A DNA stretch of 64,000 bases. It comes from Paraspadella gotoi. Its lineage: Eukaryota > Animalia > Chaetognatha. Below, piece by piece: positions 37,448 to 49,550 of this stretch. The position numbers and the translations under genes were made by a program. The DNA is taken from the NCBI GenBank assembly GCA_051294375.1, contig CM119270.1:5850027-5914026 (forward strand). The letters are read 5' to 3'. How positions within the stretch are numbered: position 1 is the first letter of the stretch; the number at the start of each line of letters is the position of its first letter. The notes beneath the pieces are model-generated. The model saw only the letters and a list, made by a program, of their open reading frames with translations, did not search any database and was not told where the DNA came from.

Positions 37448-40400
37448 AGGAAGAACGGTAATTCCAATGTGTTGCGCCGCAGTGACTTTATTTTCACGTG
37501 TATTTCCTTTTGATCACATGATATGACATGACATGACATGGCTTAAAAACGATTTTTGCAAGTAAAAGTGTCGAGGAAGAACTAGATATATTATGATGCT
37601 AATGGTGCGAAATAAAATAGTACTCGCCGATTTAATAATGAGGGAAGTGGTAATAAACACATCCCAATTAATTTATTGATGATATAGAACTCGGGTACTC
37701 TCAAATGAAATAAAGTAGACTGAACTTCGAGAAACTTAATTGTTAACTATGTTGCTATTTTGTAAGAAAGTAACTTAATTATTAGATGAATGAATAATTT
37801 CATTGGGAACAAGGATATTACTTACTACTTAGTTCGTAAATAAAGAAAAACTCAAGGTAAAGTTTTTAACGTCAAAAGGTTCATAAACAATGTCAGTCAG
37901 CGGCGAAGAGACAAAAGGCGGGGATGATCATGATCAGAGATCATGGGAAGAGAGATGATTTGACATCTTAGGCAGGACCGTTGTGCTCTTTACTTTATCC
38001 CTTTTTGGTCAGATGAGGATTTTGGTAAGTCGCCAGAACTCGTCAGAACTGATCTACAGCGGTAACTGAAGTGATCTCTTGATTCGACCGTGAACGAGAC
38101 ATAAAAGTTACTAATCGACTCACCTTCTTGATGGAGTTATCCTTGCAGCCCCTGCAATTGCAATGACTCTTCGAACTGCCGCACCGTCCCCAGTATGAGC
38201 AGCATGAGGAAGTGCTGTACGGGTTGCAGATGCTCGGTCTTCCGTAAAGTGGAAACCGATTGCCGCATCGGTTGTCTCCGCGATAAATGCCCAAACTCGT
38301 CTCTGATTTTGTTTTTATAAGAAAGTAAATTAATTAACAAGTTTGAGCAAATAATGCCGGATCTGCTGGCGATAATTCAGAGGAAATCGAATGAATAATT
38401 GACTGATCGATTGAATGATTGATTGATTTGTATATTTTTTTCACTATTCAAAAAATTCAAAAGATTGTTGAATAAATTTGATAAACTTAAATAATACACT
38501 GAACTCAATCAATATTGTTGTTGTTGTTTCGTTCTTCGCTGCTACTTTATTTGATGGGTTTTTTTTTTATTTTTGCATTGTGTTTTTTTATAATTTTTAC
38601 ATTCGTATCTTTATTTAAAAATTCCTTTTCTGTCTTTCTCTTTATTTTTTTTTCTTTTATTCAAAAATGTTTTCTTTTTTTTAGTTTGGTTCATTTTTTC
38701 GTTCAATTGTGGCGGTATATTCACACCGCCTCACAATAATATTTTTTTGATTTAATTCGCTCGTTTTTTTATTACATATTGTTTATTTTTCTTCATTTCT
38801 TTTTAACCAGATTCTTATTAGCAGATTCCGCCTCAAACAATGCATATGTTTTTTCTTCTTTTTTCTCCTGATGACTTATAATTTAAATGTTGACTCTTTT
38901 CACTCACTTCTGCGATAGTCTACGCAATCTTTGCAGCCGCAATGCCACTTTGAACTGCCGCAATATCCTCCACTGGAGCAGCAGTAATGATCCCCATTAG
39001 GGTCGCATTCAGACATCTGCCCGTCCACCATAAAGTTTGGGCCACATCGGAGATCTTGGCGATACAGGGGTTGTTTGCCTCAAAAGACAATTACAATGAA
39101 TTTAGAAGTTGGAAAATTTGTATCGCTATAAGCTACAAAACAAAAGTAACAAAAATTACAGACAACAATTTTCATTATTTTTTTTTCATTTTTTGTCTCA
39201 TGTTTTTGTTAATCTAAAAATCTAAAAACTTCGATTAAGTCATAAGACAATAAGAAAAAATTCATGTTACTACACAAAGACTTGCTTTAACGAAGGTTGA
39301 CTCTCGAACAAGATAAATTTTCCTTACTAATAAATGTAGTAGCAAAATAAAAAAATATTTTTATGTGATGAAATCAAAATTATGCCAAGCAATGATAAAA
39401 ATATTTTAAGAACAATTAGGTGTGAAAATTGTTTTCATATACCTTGTATATTGCATTCATTATGTTCACAAATATGTTGTTCACATGTAATTCCGGTGTA
39501 TTTTGGCTGGCATACGCACTGATAAAAAAACATAATAAGCATTGAAAATTCGATACTCGACTTCAGAGATTTGTATTTTGAGACAGTTTAGAAATACTAA
39601 AAAAGATTTATGCTAAGTTAAGTAGTAGCTTGTAGTTTTTTTTTAAGATTCTAGAACTTCCCAATATTTACTTTTTTATTGCTGCAAGTTCCTCCATTTT
39701 TACAAGGTTTTTGTTTACAGTCAAAGCCGGCGACATTGATTTCACAGTTTATTCCTTTAAATCCATTAGAACAATGGCATTTGTAGGCACTAATGGATAC
39801 TGGAAGTTTCGAGCAAGTTGCCCCATTACATGGATTCGGGTCACAAACTTTTGCTCCATGAATTTGAATATTACTTATTACAACAAATTTATGACCATTG
39901 CGTCGCCCGAATACACTTAACACTTTAATCTTATAGGTTGGAAAAATCTCATAATTTAGCAAGTTCACTACAATTGGCTCTCGATATACAACTTCGTTAT
40001 TTGTCACAAATTTCAAAAGCTTCTCTTTATTGTTGCTATCAATTCCATAAATCTCAAATGTTTTGGGACAATCATATTTCCAATTGGATTTACTAAGCCT
40101 TGGCAAAAAGCTAATTGAGCATGCTGCTTCAGGCTTGGGTAACGTGTAACTTATCCATTGGGGCATTCCGTGTAGACTGTGCCAAATAGTGCTCGAACTT
40201 CCAAAGCCTTTGTCTGGTGTCGCTGTACTATAGACAGATGAAGCTCGAGCAGTTCCTCCTGTAAAATGAGACAGTTTTTTGTTTTTGTTTTAGTGGAGTC
40301 GCGAGTACTCGCGGAGCAACTCTTATACTCATTTTTAGGTCGGTAGTCTGTATTTCTGTTTCTATCTGTATGTCTGTTTATCATCAATCTGTCTTGCTTA

Positions 40401-40564
40401 CGTTTCAATTTCTCCTAAATCCCGTAATACTTCAACTATTTAATTTATATTTAGTAGGTAAGGTAAATAAGGTAAGGACCTATCAATATGTTATCAGAAA
40501 AAGAGGGAAAATGTAGGAGCGGAATCATAATTTTTTTTTCTCTCTCTCTCTCATCCTCTCTCTC

Positions 40565-40628
<64 letters not shown>

Positions 40629-40841
40629 GAAATTTTGCTGGGTTGGGTCCGAGTTTCTGACAAGAGTAAATGTTTAAATTGCGAATTAGAAAGAGCGCAC
40701 ACAACCTGTAAACTAGAAGAATAGTAGAATACATCAGTTCTTGTTATTATATGAGTAGTAATTTTTCAAAAACGTAGCTTTTAAAGGTAGTGTAAAACAC
40801 TGGCCTCAAGCCCCACTTTTGCTTTCAATATTCAATATTCA

Positions 40842-40927
<86 letters not shown>

Positions 40928-42292
40928 CTCTCGCAGATATTTCATGAGTAGTTGAATATACTTTCAAGTTAACTAACCTGTGGCTAAATTTCGATCAGTA
41001 CATGGAAATATGTCCTCTTTTCCAAAAAACTTCATATCCCTAACGAGCACGAACTTCCTGTTTCCGCGCCCAGGGACGTCAAGAATGTTCAGTCGATAAT
41101 ACTTGAAAGCTTCTTCATTGGGAAACGAATGTGTAAAAAACGTATTATCCGGTTCACAAGGCTTCCGGTTTTTTATGTCTACCAAAGTTTTGAAAGATTT
41201 TCCATCGTTTGATCCTTCAAACTTGTACGATTTCGGACAATCTTTTGGTACATTTCCCAAACTGTTATCTCGTCGCGGAAGAAATGTAACTTTGCATATG
41301 GTCTTTCCGGACGGGAATTCATACATTATCCATTGCGGCACACCTAGCCCTGAATGCCACTCTTGTATAGGTCCTGTATAATGAAATAAATTTAGGTTAA
41401 ATTTCCATGAAAAAATGTTCGTAACTACGATCCTCATGTTTACCACGGGTCACAAACCCAAGACTAACATGATGAGATGAGAGAATGATCGCTAATCAGT
41501 TATCGGTCCGCGAGTGAAGATTGAGTCGCAGCTCAGAACTTTTTACTCGGAGTGCTTATAAAACCTTTATTGCAGTTTATTAATAGTTTCGAGTTTTGGT
41601 TGTTTACACAGAATCTTCGACAACCACTAAGGATCCAAAGCATTTGAATCTTCTTATTTTCAAACGATCTTATTAAATTTCCCTCATTTTTCGAAATATT
41701 TACCTTGAAAGGCTTTGGCCGCAGTCGCTGAACCCATGTGTGAGGAGGACGTTGCTTTTCCTCCAAGGGCAAGATTAATTGTTCCTTGACATTCTCCTTC
41801 CAATTCTGAAAAAAAAAAAAGGTTTAAAAAATCATAGAAATTCGAAAAAGCATATTTTAGTTTTGCCTTTGCTTAGGCCGCACATACGGCTCCGGAAATG
41901 AGATTTTTATTGGGTTCACAGGTTGGACTTGATCCATTTAGATAATCTTATCCCATTGACATTGCAATAACAAAACGACGGTGTTAAGGTTTGATAATGA
42001 ATGCAATAATATACATTTATAAAATTAGGTTTAACTTACCTCTCGTATCAAAGGAGAGAGATTCGTTGGCGTACATCGTCGCTGGGAATTTTCAAAAAAT
42101 GGTTTAAAATAACGATTAAATTATTTAAAAAGTTACTCACTAAAAAAACTACCTAATGGTAAAAAAAAATTACTTTTACGGTTTATCAACATTTTGCGTG
42201 ACTTAATTTCTCTTACCAGTGGCAATGTTTGTCGCAAACTTCATGGTGCAGATCAAAAATAAAGCGCCGAGGATCCTCATTTGCGCCATCAT
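36963..42292 (-). CDS. secreted mosaic lectin-like protein: signal peptide, 2x F5/8 type C (discoidin/CBM32-like), 2x EGF, 3x hevein-like ChtBD1
   Basis: Exons (minus): 42217-42292 MMAQMRILGALFLICTMKFATNIAT; 42040-42081; 41704-41805 (..NLALGGKATSSS..AAKAFQ); 40978-41373 (..WHSGLGVPQWIMYEF..PKSYKFEGSNDG..FKYYRLNI..); 39672-40258 (second F5/8C plus CDPNPCNGATC..YKCHCSNGFKGINCE, CKQKPCKNGGTC); 39443-39518 (CVCQPKYTGITCE); 38908-39078, 38124-38302 and 36963-37145 (hevein-like modules). Phases match at every junction; the 3' end is ambiguous. Confidence 0.9.
37206..37450. repeat. (AAAG)n microsatellite in an intron
   Basis: Two long AAAG runs. Confidence 0.95.
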
Positions 42293-42468
42293 AATGGAGT
42301 TATTTAAAGAAAGACAAAAGTGAAGAGGGAAGACTTGAATTAAAATTTGTGAAATGAAAACTAAAAACTTGAAATCATTTTTAAATAGATTTTTTTAAGA
42401 AAAAACTAGTCAAGTTCGCACTCTTTCCTGTTTTTTTTTTCTCTCTCTCTCTCTCTCCTGTATTTTAC

Positions 42469-42850
42469 TGAGGCGACTTACCATCGGTCTCTCTCTCTCT
42501 AAATCCTTCCTCTCTCCTCTTTCTCCCAGCCGGTCTATCCACACGGTCACTTTGCCCTAGCTTTGGCAATGACCTTAGATTGATCGGACACATTTTTTTT
42601 TTGATCGGACACATTTTATTACGACATGAAAACAATTTTAAATATTGTTTACTGTTACTACTTTATTATCATTATTATTTTCCCTCTCTCCCCTTTTTTT
42701 TAAACTCATTTTTCAGACTTATGTATGTATGTTTTGTTTGTTTTCTGTACAGACTTAACCTTGTTGCATTCGAATAAAACGCTTATAATAGGGCCGAGGA
42801 GACCGTTAGGGTTTAGAGAAAGAGAGAGAGTCCGGTGGTAAGTCGCCTCA
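42469..42850. mobile_element. MITE with ~40-bp imperfect TIRs and a 4-bp TSD
   Basis: TTAC|TGAGGCGACTTACCA.CGG...CCG.TGGTAAGTCGCCTCA|TTAC. Confidence 0.75.
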
Positions 42851-44556
42851 TTACTTGTTTTAATTGAATTGGTTTCCCTGATTTAAATGCTACTGCAAAA
42901 AAACGCACCACTTTAGATATCACCCTGTATACTTAGATTTGAAAAAAAGTATATTTAAGTTACTTAAAAAATAATTATTTAAGATTAATGTTTTTCTTCT
43001 TATATTTTTTATTTTTGTAATTGATTTAGGAGGAAAAAAAAAGTTTATACACAATGTAATTGATTTAAAATGAAAAAAAAATGCACTGTACATCCTGTGG
43101 ATGGACAATGCTTATTCTTAAATAATAATTTTAAGGTGATTAAAACATAAGATGAATGACAGATCAATGATTCTGAAACTTTGGAATAAAATTCGATTTT
43201 CTCTTTTTGTTTTAGAACACTCAAGTTTAAAAAATGATATCTTTTAAATCATTAGACCAATTGTAATAAAATGTATACACATGAATTCTTTTTTTAAAAA
43301 ACTTTTCTCATGGAATGTCCGGAATAAAGTGGCGCGTTTTTTTGCCCATGAGTGCATATTAAATCGCTTTTATTCTTTAACTTAGATTTTCAAAAGACGG
43401 TTGAGTTATGTGTTTATTTGTATGTATGTATATGTACATGTATGTATTTATTATTAATCAATAATGAATTAATAACCATCATTCTGAGCGTCTGAGTTCG
43501 ATCCCGGAGTGACATGCATTTTTTTATAAAACGCCGACATACTGTCGATAGAAAGTCCTATTCATGGTGTAAGGCCCTAAAAATTTCAAAATTCGTCTTT
43601 TCTGGGCATAGCGAAAAATTTACACGTACTCAGACTACAACTTCCAATAAAACTTGTTCATGATTGCCACGGACGTTTGATTAAAATATTTGAGACTAAA
43701 TGTACAACTAAGGTCACTCGTCTACCGGTTAAAAGTCACGAAAAAAAAATGACGTCTAGCTTTAATTAATCAAAGTCATAAAAGTAAAAAAAAAATATGA
43801 GAGGAAAGTTTTCCCGGTTTTTTCAAGTCGGGACGATCGAAATAAAGAAATTTAATCAGTGCTAAGTCTTCCGTTTTAAGCCTTCTTTACCCAATTGAAA
43901 CAGTTTCAATAATAGGTAGTTGAGCCAATTTCATACATTCCTCTCCCTCAATGTTAAAAAATACAAACAATTCGATAAGAATTTGGTGGAAGCGCATCTG
44001 GTGCCATAGGAGGGTAACGTCTTCCGAGCCGACGTTGGGACGTTAATAGAAAGTTGCAACGTTGGTAGCGATGACATAAAATTAGTCAGAAAAACATTTT
44101 CTTTGTCTCTCATTTTCACTTTCTTTCATTTCCTTTTATCTCTATTGTTAATTCGTTATAACAAATGTAAATAGGGATATAAATTATTAAACTTTGAATT
44201 TTAAATCGACTAAAAAGAAGAATGTCTTGACCGAGGTGACCAGTTTTTTCGGTTGTTTTTTTTTTTTTTTTTGTCATTAAATCGAAAAAGCTGTAGAGAA
44301 AAAAAATAATTACGACGAACTTTTCTTGTCTATCATAAATTAGACTGGATCAATTATTTCATTTTTTTTTTCTTAAAAAACCTTCACCTTCTAACAGAAG
44401 TTCAGTGCTTTTTAGTAAGTCATTTCAGGTGTAATGGGAAAGACAAATTTGGGTCATCAAGTTTTTCAATGATTTTAACAAGTGACGCCGATGGTCGGTT
44501 AGGAACTATGATGATAATGATCATGAGAAAATGTAAGGCAAACAGTGAGAGAGAGG

Positions 44557-44619
<63 letters not shown>

Positions 44620-45009
44620 AAGGAAGAAACGGTTAAACGAATTCTCCTCAGATTTTAGTTCTCTCGAGGAATCTTCAAACTTCATCGTGTTGACTTTATT
44701 TCGCCGTTGTTATTAGTTGTTAGTTGTTATGTATAGATTTAACAATAATATGACACGGTCAATCAAAAGTTTTGTGTTTTGAGGGGAATTAACCGAAATT
44801 GTTTGGTTTTTTATTCTAGCTTAATATTTATATATATTATATATACGTATTTCGCAATCTGACAACAAAAATAAATACAAAAGTAATAATGCTACGTAGC
44901 TAAAATCTAAATCTAGATAAAAACAGAAATTTTCAGAGAGGTCCTTCGCTTGCTTTCTGCTTCAGATTTCATAAAACAGGTTTCGGGGTTATTCGATCAA
45001 AACAGTAAC

Positions 45010-46510
45010 TAGTGTTTCCTCAACCGTTAATTTTTCAACAACTTTTTTAACCGTTAACGGTTAAAATCGGTTAATTTAGTGACTTAGCTTATTTGATAAT
45101 ATAAATGCCAAAAAAAGAAGGAAAACAATTAAAACTTAGTATTCGAATATAATTAATTAATAATCAATAATTAATTCAATATACTGTTTCGACTCTGAAT
45201 TCGAGTCTTCAGCAGCGATTGAGACAGTTTTGAATATCCAAAGGAAATTTGTATTATAGAAGAGTGTCCTTTCTTAATTCTTTTTGAAAAATTTTTTTAG
45301 TCGGATCTGCTTATCAGCAGATCCCAACTCTATAATTCACTTTGTCGGTCCGTCGGTCTGCCCCCTCAATCTTGTCGGGCACTCACTTATATCATGTCAG
45401 AACATCGACTTATGATAAATTATGCAAAAAAATGATGTCCGCCCATCCATCTGTCAGTCCGTCCGTCCGTCCCACCTTAGCAAAAAACACCAATTACTCG
45501 TGATTGGACGGATGGATTGGAACGAAATTTTGTGTGTGGTTAGGGAAGTGTGTGATTGAGCTGGATATAAAGTTTTGATGGAATCGTCCGAGTGGAAATG
45601 AGTTTAAATGGAAAAAACCAAAAAATATATTTCACTATTTGAATACCAATTGCTCATGAGTGAATGGAGCGATTGACCTGAAATTTTGCATGTGGGTAGG
45701 AACGTGTGTGATTAAGCTGGAAATCAATTTTGGATGGAATCGTCAGTGGAAATGAGTTTAAATTGAAAAAACAAAAAACCTGTTTCACTGATTAATTATG
45801 CTTTTTTTTATTTTTATATTAAATGTAAATGCAAGATGTATTAATTAATCAAATAATTAATTACTCAATAATTAATTAATCAGTCAATCAATCAAGTCAA
45901 TCGTTATTGGCATTATTCTAATCGTCATCATTGCTTTTGTTGTGGTTAGTGACGAAAAGACCTAAAAACAAACATTTGGGATCAAATTAATTAATTGATT
46001 GCCTAATTAATTGTTAATTACTTAATTATTAATTAATTAATTATTTACCGATAATGATTGTGGGCAGATCCGACATTATTTGCTCAAACTCAAACTCTTC
46101 TGTAATACAAATTTCCTTTGGATATTCAAAACTGTCTCAAGACTCTCGCCAAATTACGACAAAAGAATGACAAAAGACCGACGAAATAACGAGTAAATAA
46201 TTTGCCGAACTTAAGTTGAGAACAACTTAAGTACTGTCAAATAACTGAGGCGAAACATAATATAAAATAAATAAATAATTAATATAAAAACTTATAAATA
46301 AAAATAATAATAATAATATTATATTTAAAAAAGTGAGTCTGATTTGAGCGCGAAAAACATAATAAGTTAAAGAAAACAAAATATTTTTTACCAAAATATC
46401 TAAATTGGAAAAAATAAAATTTAACCGAATTTAACCGTTAAAATAAAAAAATTAACGGTTAAGTTAAAAAAAATTTTAACGATTAATTTTTAACGGTTGA
46501 GGAATCACTA
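45010..46510. mobile_element. hAT-superfamily non-autonomous element with nested insertions
   Basis: TIRs TAGTGTTTCCTCAACCGTTAA / TTAACGGTTGAGGAATCACTA, exact 8-bp TSD ACAGTAAC (45002-45009 and 46511-46518), and subterminal AACCG/CGGTT motifs. Confidence 0.9.
45296..46090 (+). mobile_element. HINE/DINE-1-like element (short copy) nested in the hAT MITE
   Basis: subTIR GTCGGATCTGC (45300-45310) forming a hairpin with GCAGATCC, (CCGT)n, two internal units, inverted subTIR at 46064-46074. Confidence 0.8.
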
Positions 46511-46943
46511 ACAGTAACACGTAATAGTAAGAAAATAGATAAACGACCCTTTTCCAATTTTCAAGATTCGTGCGGACATCGTTTTTGAATTTTTGTTGGT
46601 TTACTATCGCCCTTCTTAGAGACTCACATATAATTTCTTTTAATTCCTTTTGATATTTTTATTGAAAATACGTTTTTTTTTCAAATTCACTGTTAGTGTT
46701 TTCTTCCTCTTCTCAACAGGTTAATTCGTTATTGTTTCTTTGAAAAACGCCAGGAAAAACACACTCCGACACCTCGCGCCTGATACCAGTCTCTATACGA
46801 TTTTACAGTCGTGCATCAGCCGAATTTCACCGCACACGATGCTGCTAGTATTAAACCAAACGAAAGATGATTAAAAAAGATCCAAAATGTAAACAAAACT
46901 AAATTTAAAAAAAACAATTACCCCCCCCTGCCCCCCCAACAAA

Positions 46944-48902
46944 ATGGGTTGTATGACGTCCATCGCTCGTCAAATGAGACGAGTTTCGGATAGTCATCAT
47001 CATCATCATCTTCTCGTTTTCGTCGTCTTCGTCGTCGTCGTCAATTTCGTCGTCATGATTCATTTGACTTCGCCATCTTTTCTTCCCAACGGTGAGAATT
47101 AGATTGTGGTGACAGTAAACTTTGATTAGGTACTCCTTCGCGTTTAGGAACACCTGGTATCGCTCGAGTCACTCGGACAGAAAAATACGTCTTCGCTTCC
47201 AGTTTTCCAGACCAAAAGCCGGTCAACGTTTTAGTCGTTAGGGGCGCTACTGTCAGTTCCTGAACGTGGCTTGACAAGAGTACGAACAAAAGAACATGGA
47301 AAAATGGCGTCTGTATCGTCGAGTTCATATTTCAATAATGTTTAATAATTAACATAGGCGAACCAATCCTGTTGATTCCCACGGGCTACGGCTGGGGCGG
47401 TCGTTCAGGATTCAACAACAGAATCCTTCTATTGCAGCAATGTCTTCTCGAGGCAAGGAAGTTGCTGCAGACCGCTGAGAGATTAGGACGTAAAAACTCA
47501 ACAGGCAAGACTGCATACTGTTTTTGAAAACAAGATTCACATTGTGTCATCCTAAATATTTTATTATACATGTGGAAAAAGTAAGAACCTTATTGTCAGA
47601 AAAACACCCATCACAAAATTAATATCTCATTTTTCTACAGTGATTGTGAACCATATTCAGTTCGGGTCGGGTCACATGGATGAAGATAACTCCTTTCCTC
47701 GTTGGAACGATTACCTCCGAACCTCAGCATTTTTTCTCAAGGTAAGGTAATGACTTGAAAACTCCACTAACCTTTTTTTTTCTCTCGATACAAAACGTCT
47801 TGCCCAAAGGGCTCTCTCTTTTCCAAAGGCACCCCAGGGAATACAGTTAAAGTTTAGGGTTAGGAAATAGAATTAAGATTTCGTAAGTTATTATGGTTAG
47901 ATATTAGGGTTAAAATTAAGTTTAGCGATTAACTGATTAACTGCAACTGAAAATAGTTCATAGAATAGTATCGATTATTGAATACGATTGACGATTCCCT
48001 CCAACACCCCGTCGCAGCACTTCGCCCCTCGGCCCGTCTCCCGCTTCACCGGCTTCCGGCGAATTCCCTGCACAATGGAGGGACATTGGATCTTTCGGCC
48101 GCAGATGACGGACTTTTCCGGCGTCACCCAACGCGTGGCTCGAATCCGCGACGCCATCATGGAGGAGTTGGGGATCCGGCGCGGGCGGTTCCTGCTCTTT
48201 CAATACCGGAGCGGCGATTACGTCGAGTCGCGTCACGGAACCAGGTTCGCCGAGATTCGGTCATCAAAAAAGTAAAAAAAGATTTTCTGAAAAAGAAAAA
48301 AAAAATATTCAAAACTTGTCATATTTCTTGCGCCTTACCCTTTAACCCCACTCTTCCTACTCACCCCAACTCCACCCTTTTCGTACAGGTGGTGCGGAGA
48401 GAGTCTCCCGATCAACTCGACGATCTTCTGCGGGACAGACTTGGAGACTTTCGAGAGGATCGTCGAGTTCGAGACTAAGCGGGAGAAAATGGAGGCGGAG
48501 CACAACAAAGACGACGACGACAACAACAACAACCGCCTCGTCGTCGTCGTCATGACGAACGAGATGCGCGAGGAAGTCAGGGAGAGGATGAAGAGGAGGG
48601 GGTGGCTCCTCATCCCTTGCTTCGCCCGCGATTGCGACGACAAAGCGTCAAAGTGGGCGTGGCTGAAGGAGATGTTGACGGAGATGTCGACCGGGGATTG
48701 GCGGGGAAGGACGACGGGGAAGACGGGGACGCTGAAGGGGACGGCGTCGGCAATGGAGCAATTGTTAGCGGAGATGGCGCTGGCTGGAGAAGCGAGAAAA
48801 TCTTTCTTCAATTTCGCGTCGACTTTTTGGAATTTGGTGGAGAGACTTCACTATCGGGGGAAGGAGGGGGTTGAGTTTTTGAGGAGGCCGGGAGAGGGTT
48901 GA
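46944..48902 (+). CDS. type II membrane O-fucosyltransferase-family glycosyltransferase (GT-B; O-FucT/POFUT-like motifs)
   Basis: Exon 46944-47091 MGCMTSIARQMRRVSDSHHHHHLLVFVVFVVVVNFVVMIHL.. (TM anchor). Stem exons in 47148-47322 are uncertain. 47358-47504 ..GWGGRSGFNNRILLLQQCLLEA.. (GFNN motif); 47641-47741; 48018-48271 ..FLLFQYRSGDY.. (motif I, H.R.GD-like); 48389-48902 ..VVVMTNE.. (motif II) and ..EMALAGEARKSFFNFASTFWNLVERL (motif III, STF). Confidence 0.82.
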
Positions 48903-49464
48903 AGAGAGAAGGGAGAGAGAGAGAGAGAGGGAGAGGGAGGGAGAGAGAGAGAGAGAGAGAGAGATATTCTCAAGTTATTTTTTTGTCAAAATTTGCAAGT
49001 CATTATTTGTATTTTAACTTTAAAATATACTCTGATTAGCGTCAGCTAATTTTTTTTTAACTCTGATTTTGTGTAATACTCACTGAAGAAAACTACTTAA
49101 GACCAACCGTAAAATATTTATCCAGCTCCAATTGGCATAATGAGTCTAAATAGTTAAGACTTAATTAGTATATACGTACTTCCTTTTAAAGGCGTTCGAT
49201 CGTCTCGGGTTTTTCGAGGTTCAAGTATGTATGCGGAGAGAATAAAATCGCGGTCTCAGATATTATGGAGCGTCCACCATCCATAAGCCACGACCCAGTT
49301 AGATGAATCCTGGCCGACACGACACCCTCTCTCATCTCCTACCCCCTCAACACCTCCACCCCTTCTCGTCACCCCCATTCAGTTCTCTCATCACCAAAAC
49401 CCTTTCCACGGAAAACAAAAACCCAAAGTCTGGCACGCGACCCGATCGTAGCTCATTTCGCTCA

Positions 49465-49550
<86 letters not shown>

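Noticed and set aside
43484-43520. B-box GAGTTCGATCCC as a tRNA gene
   Set aside because: No A-box or cloverleaf; at most a SINE fragment.
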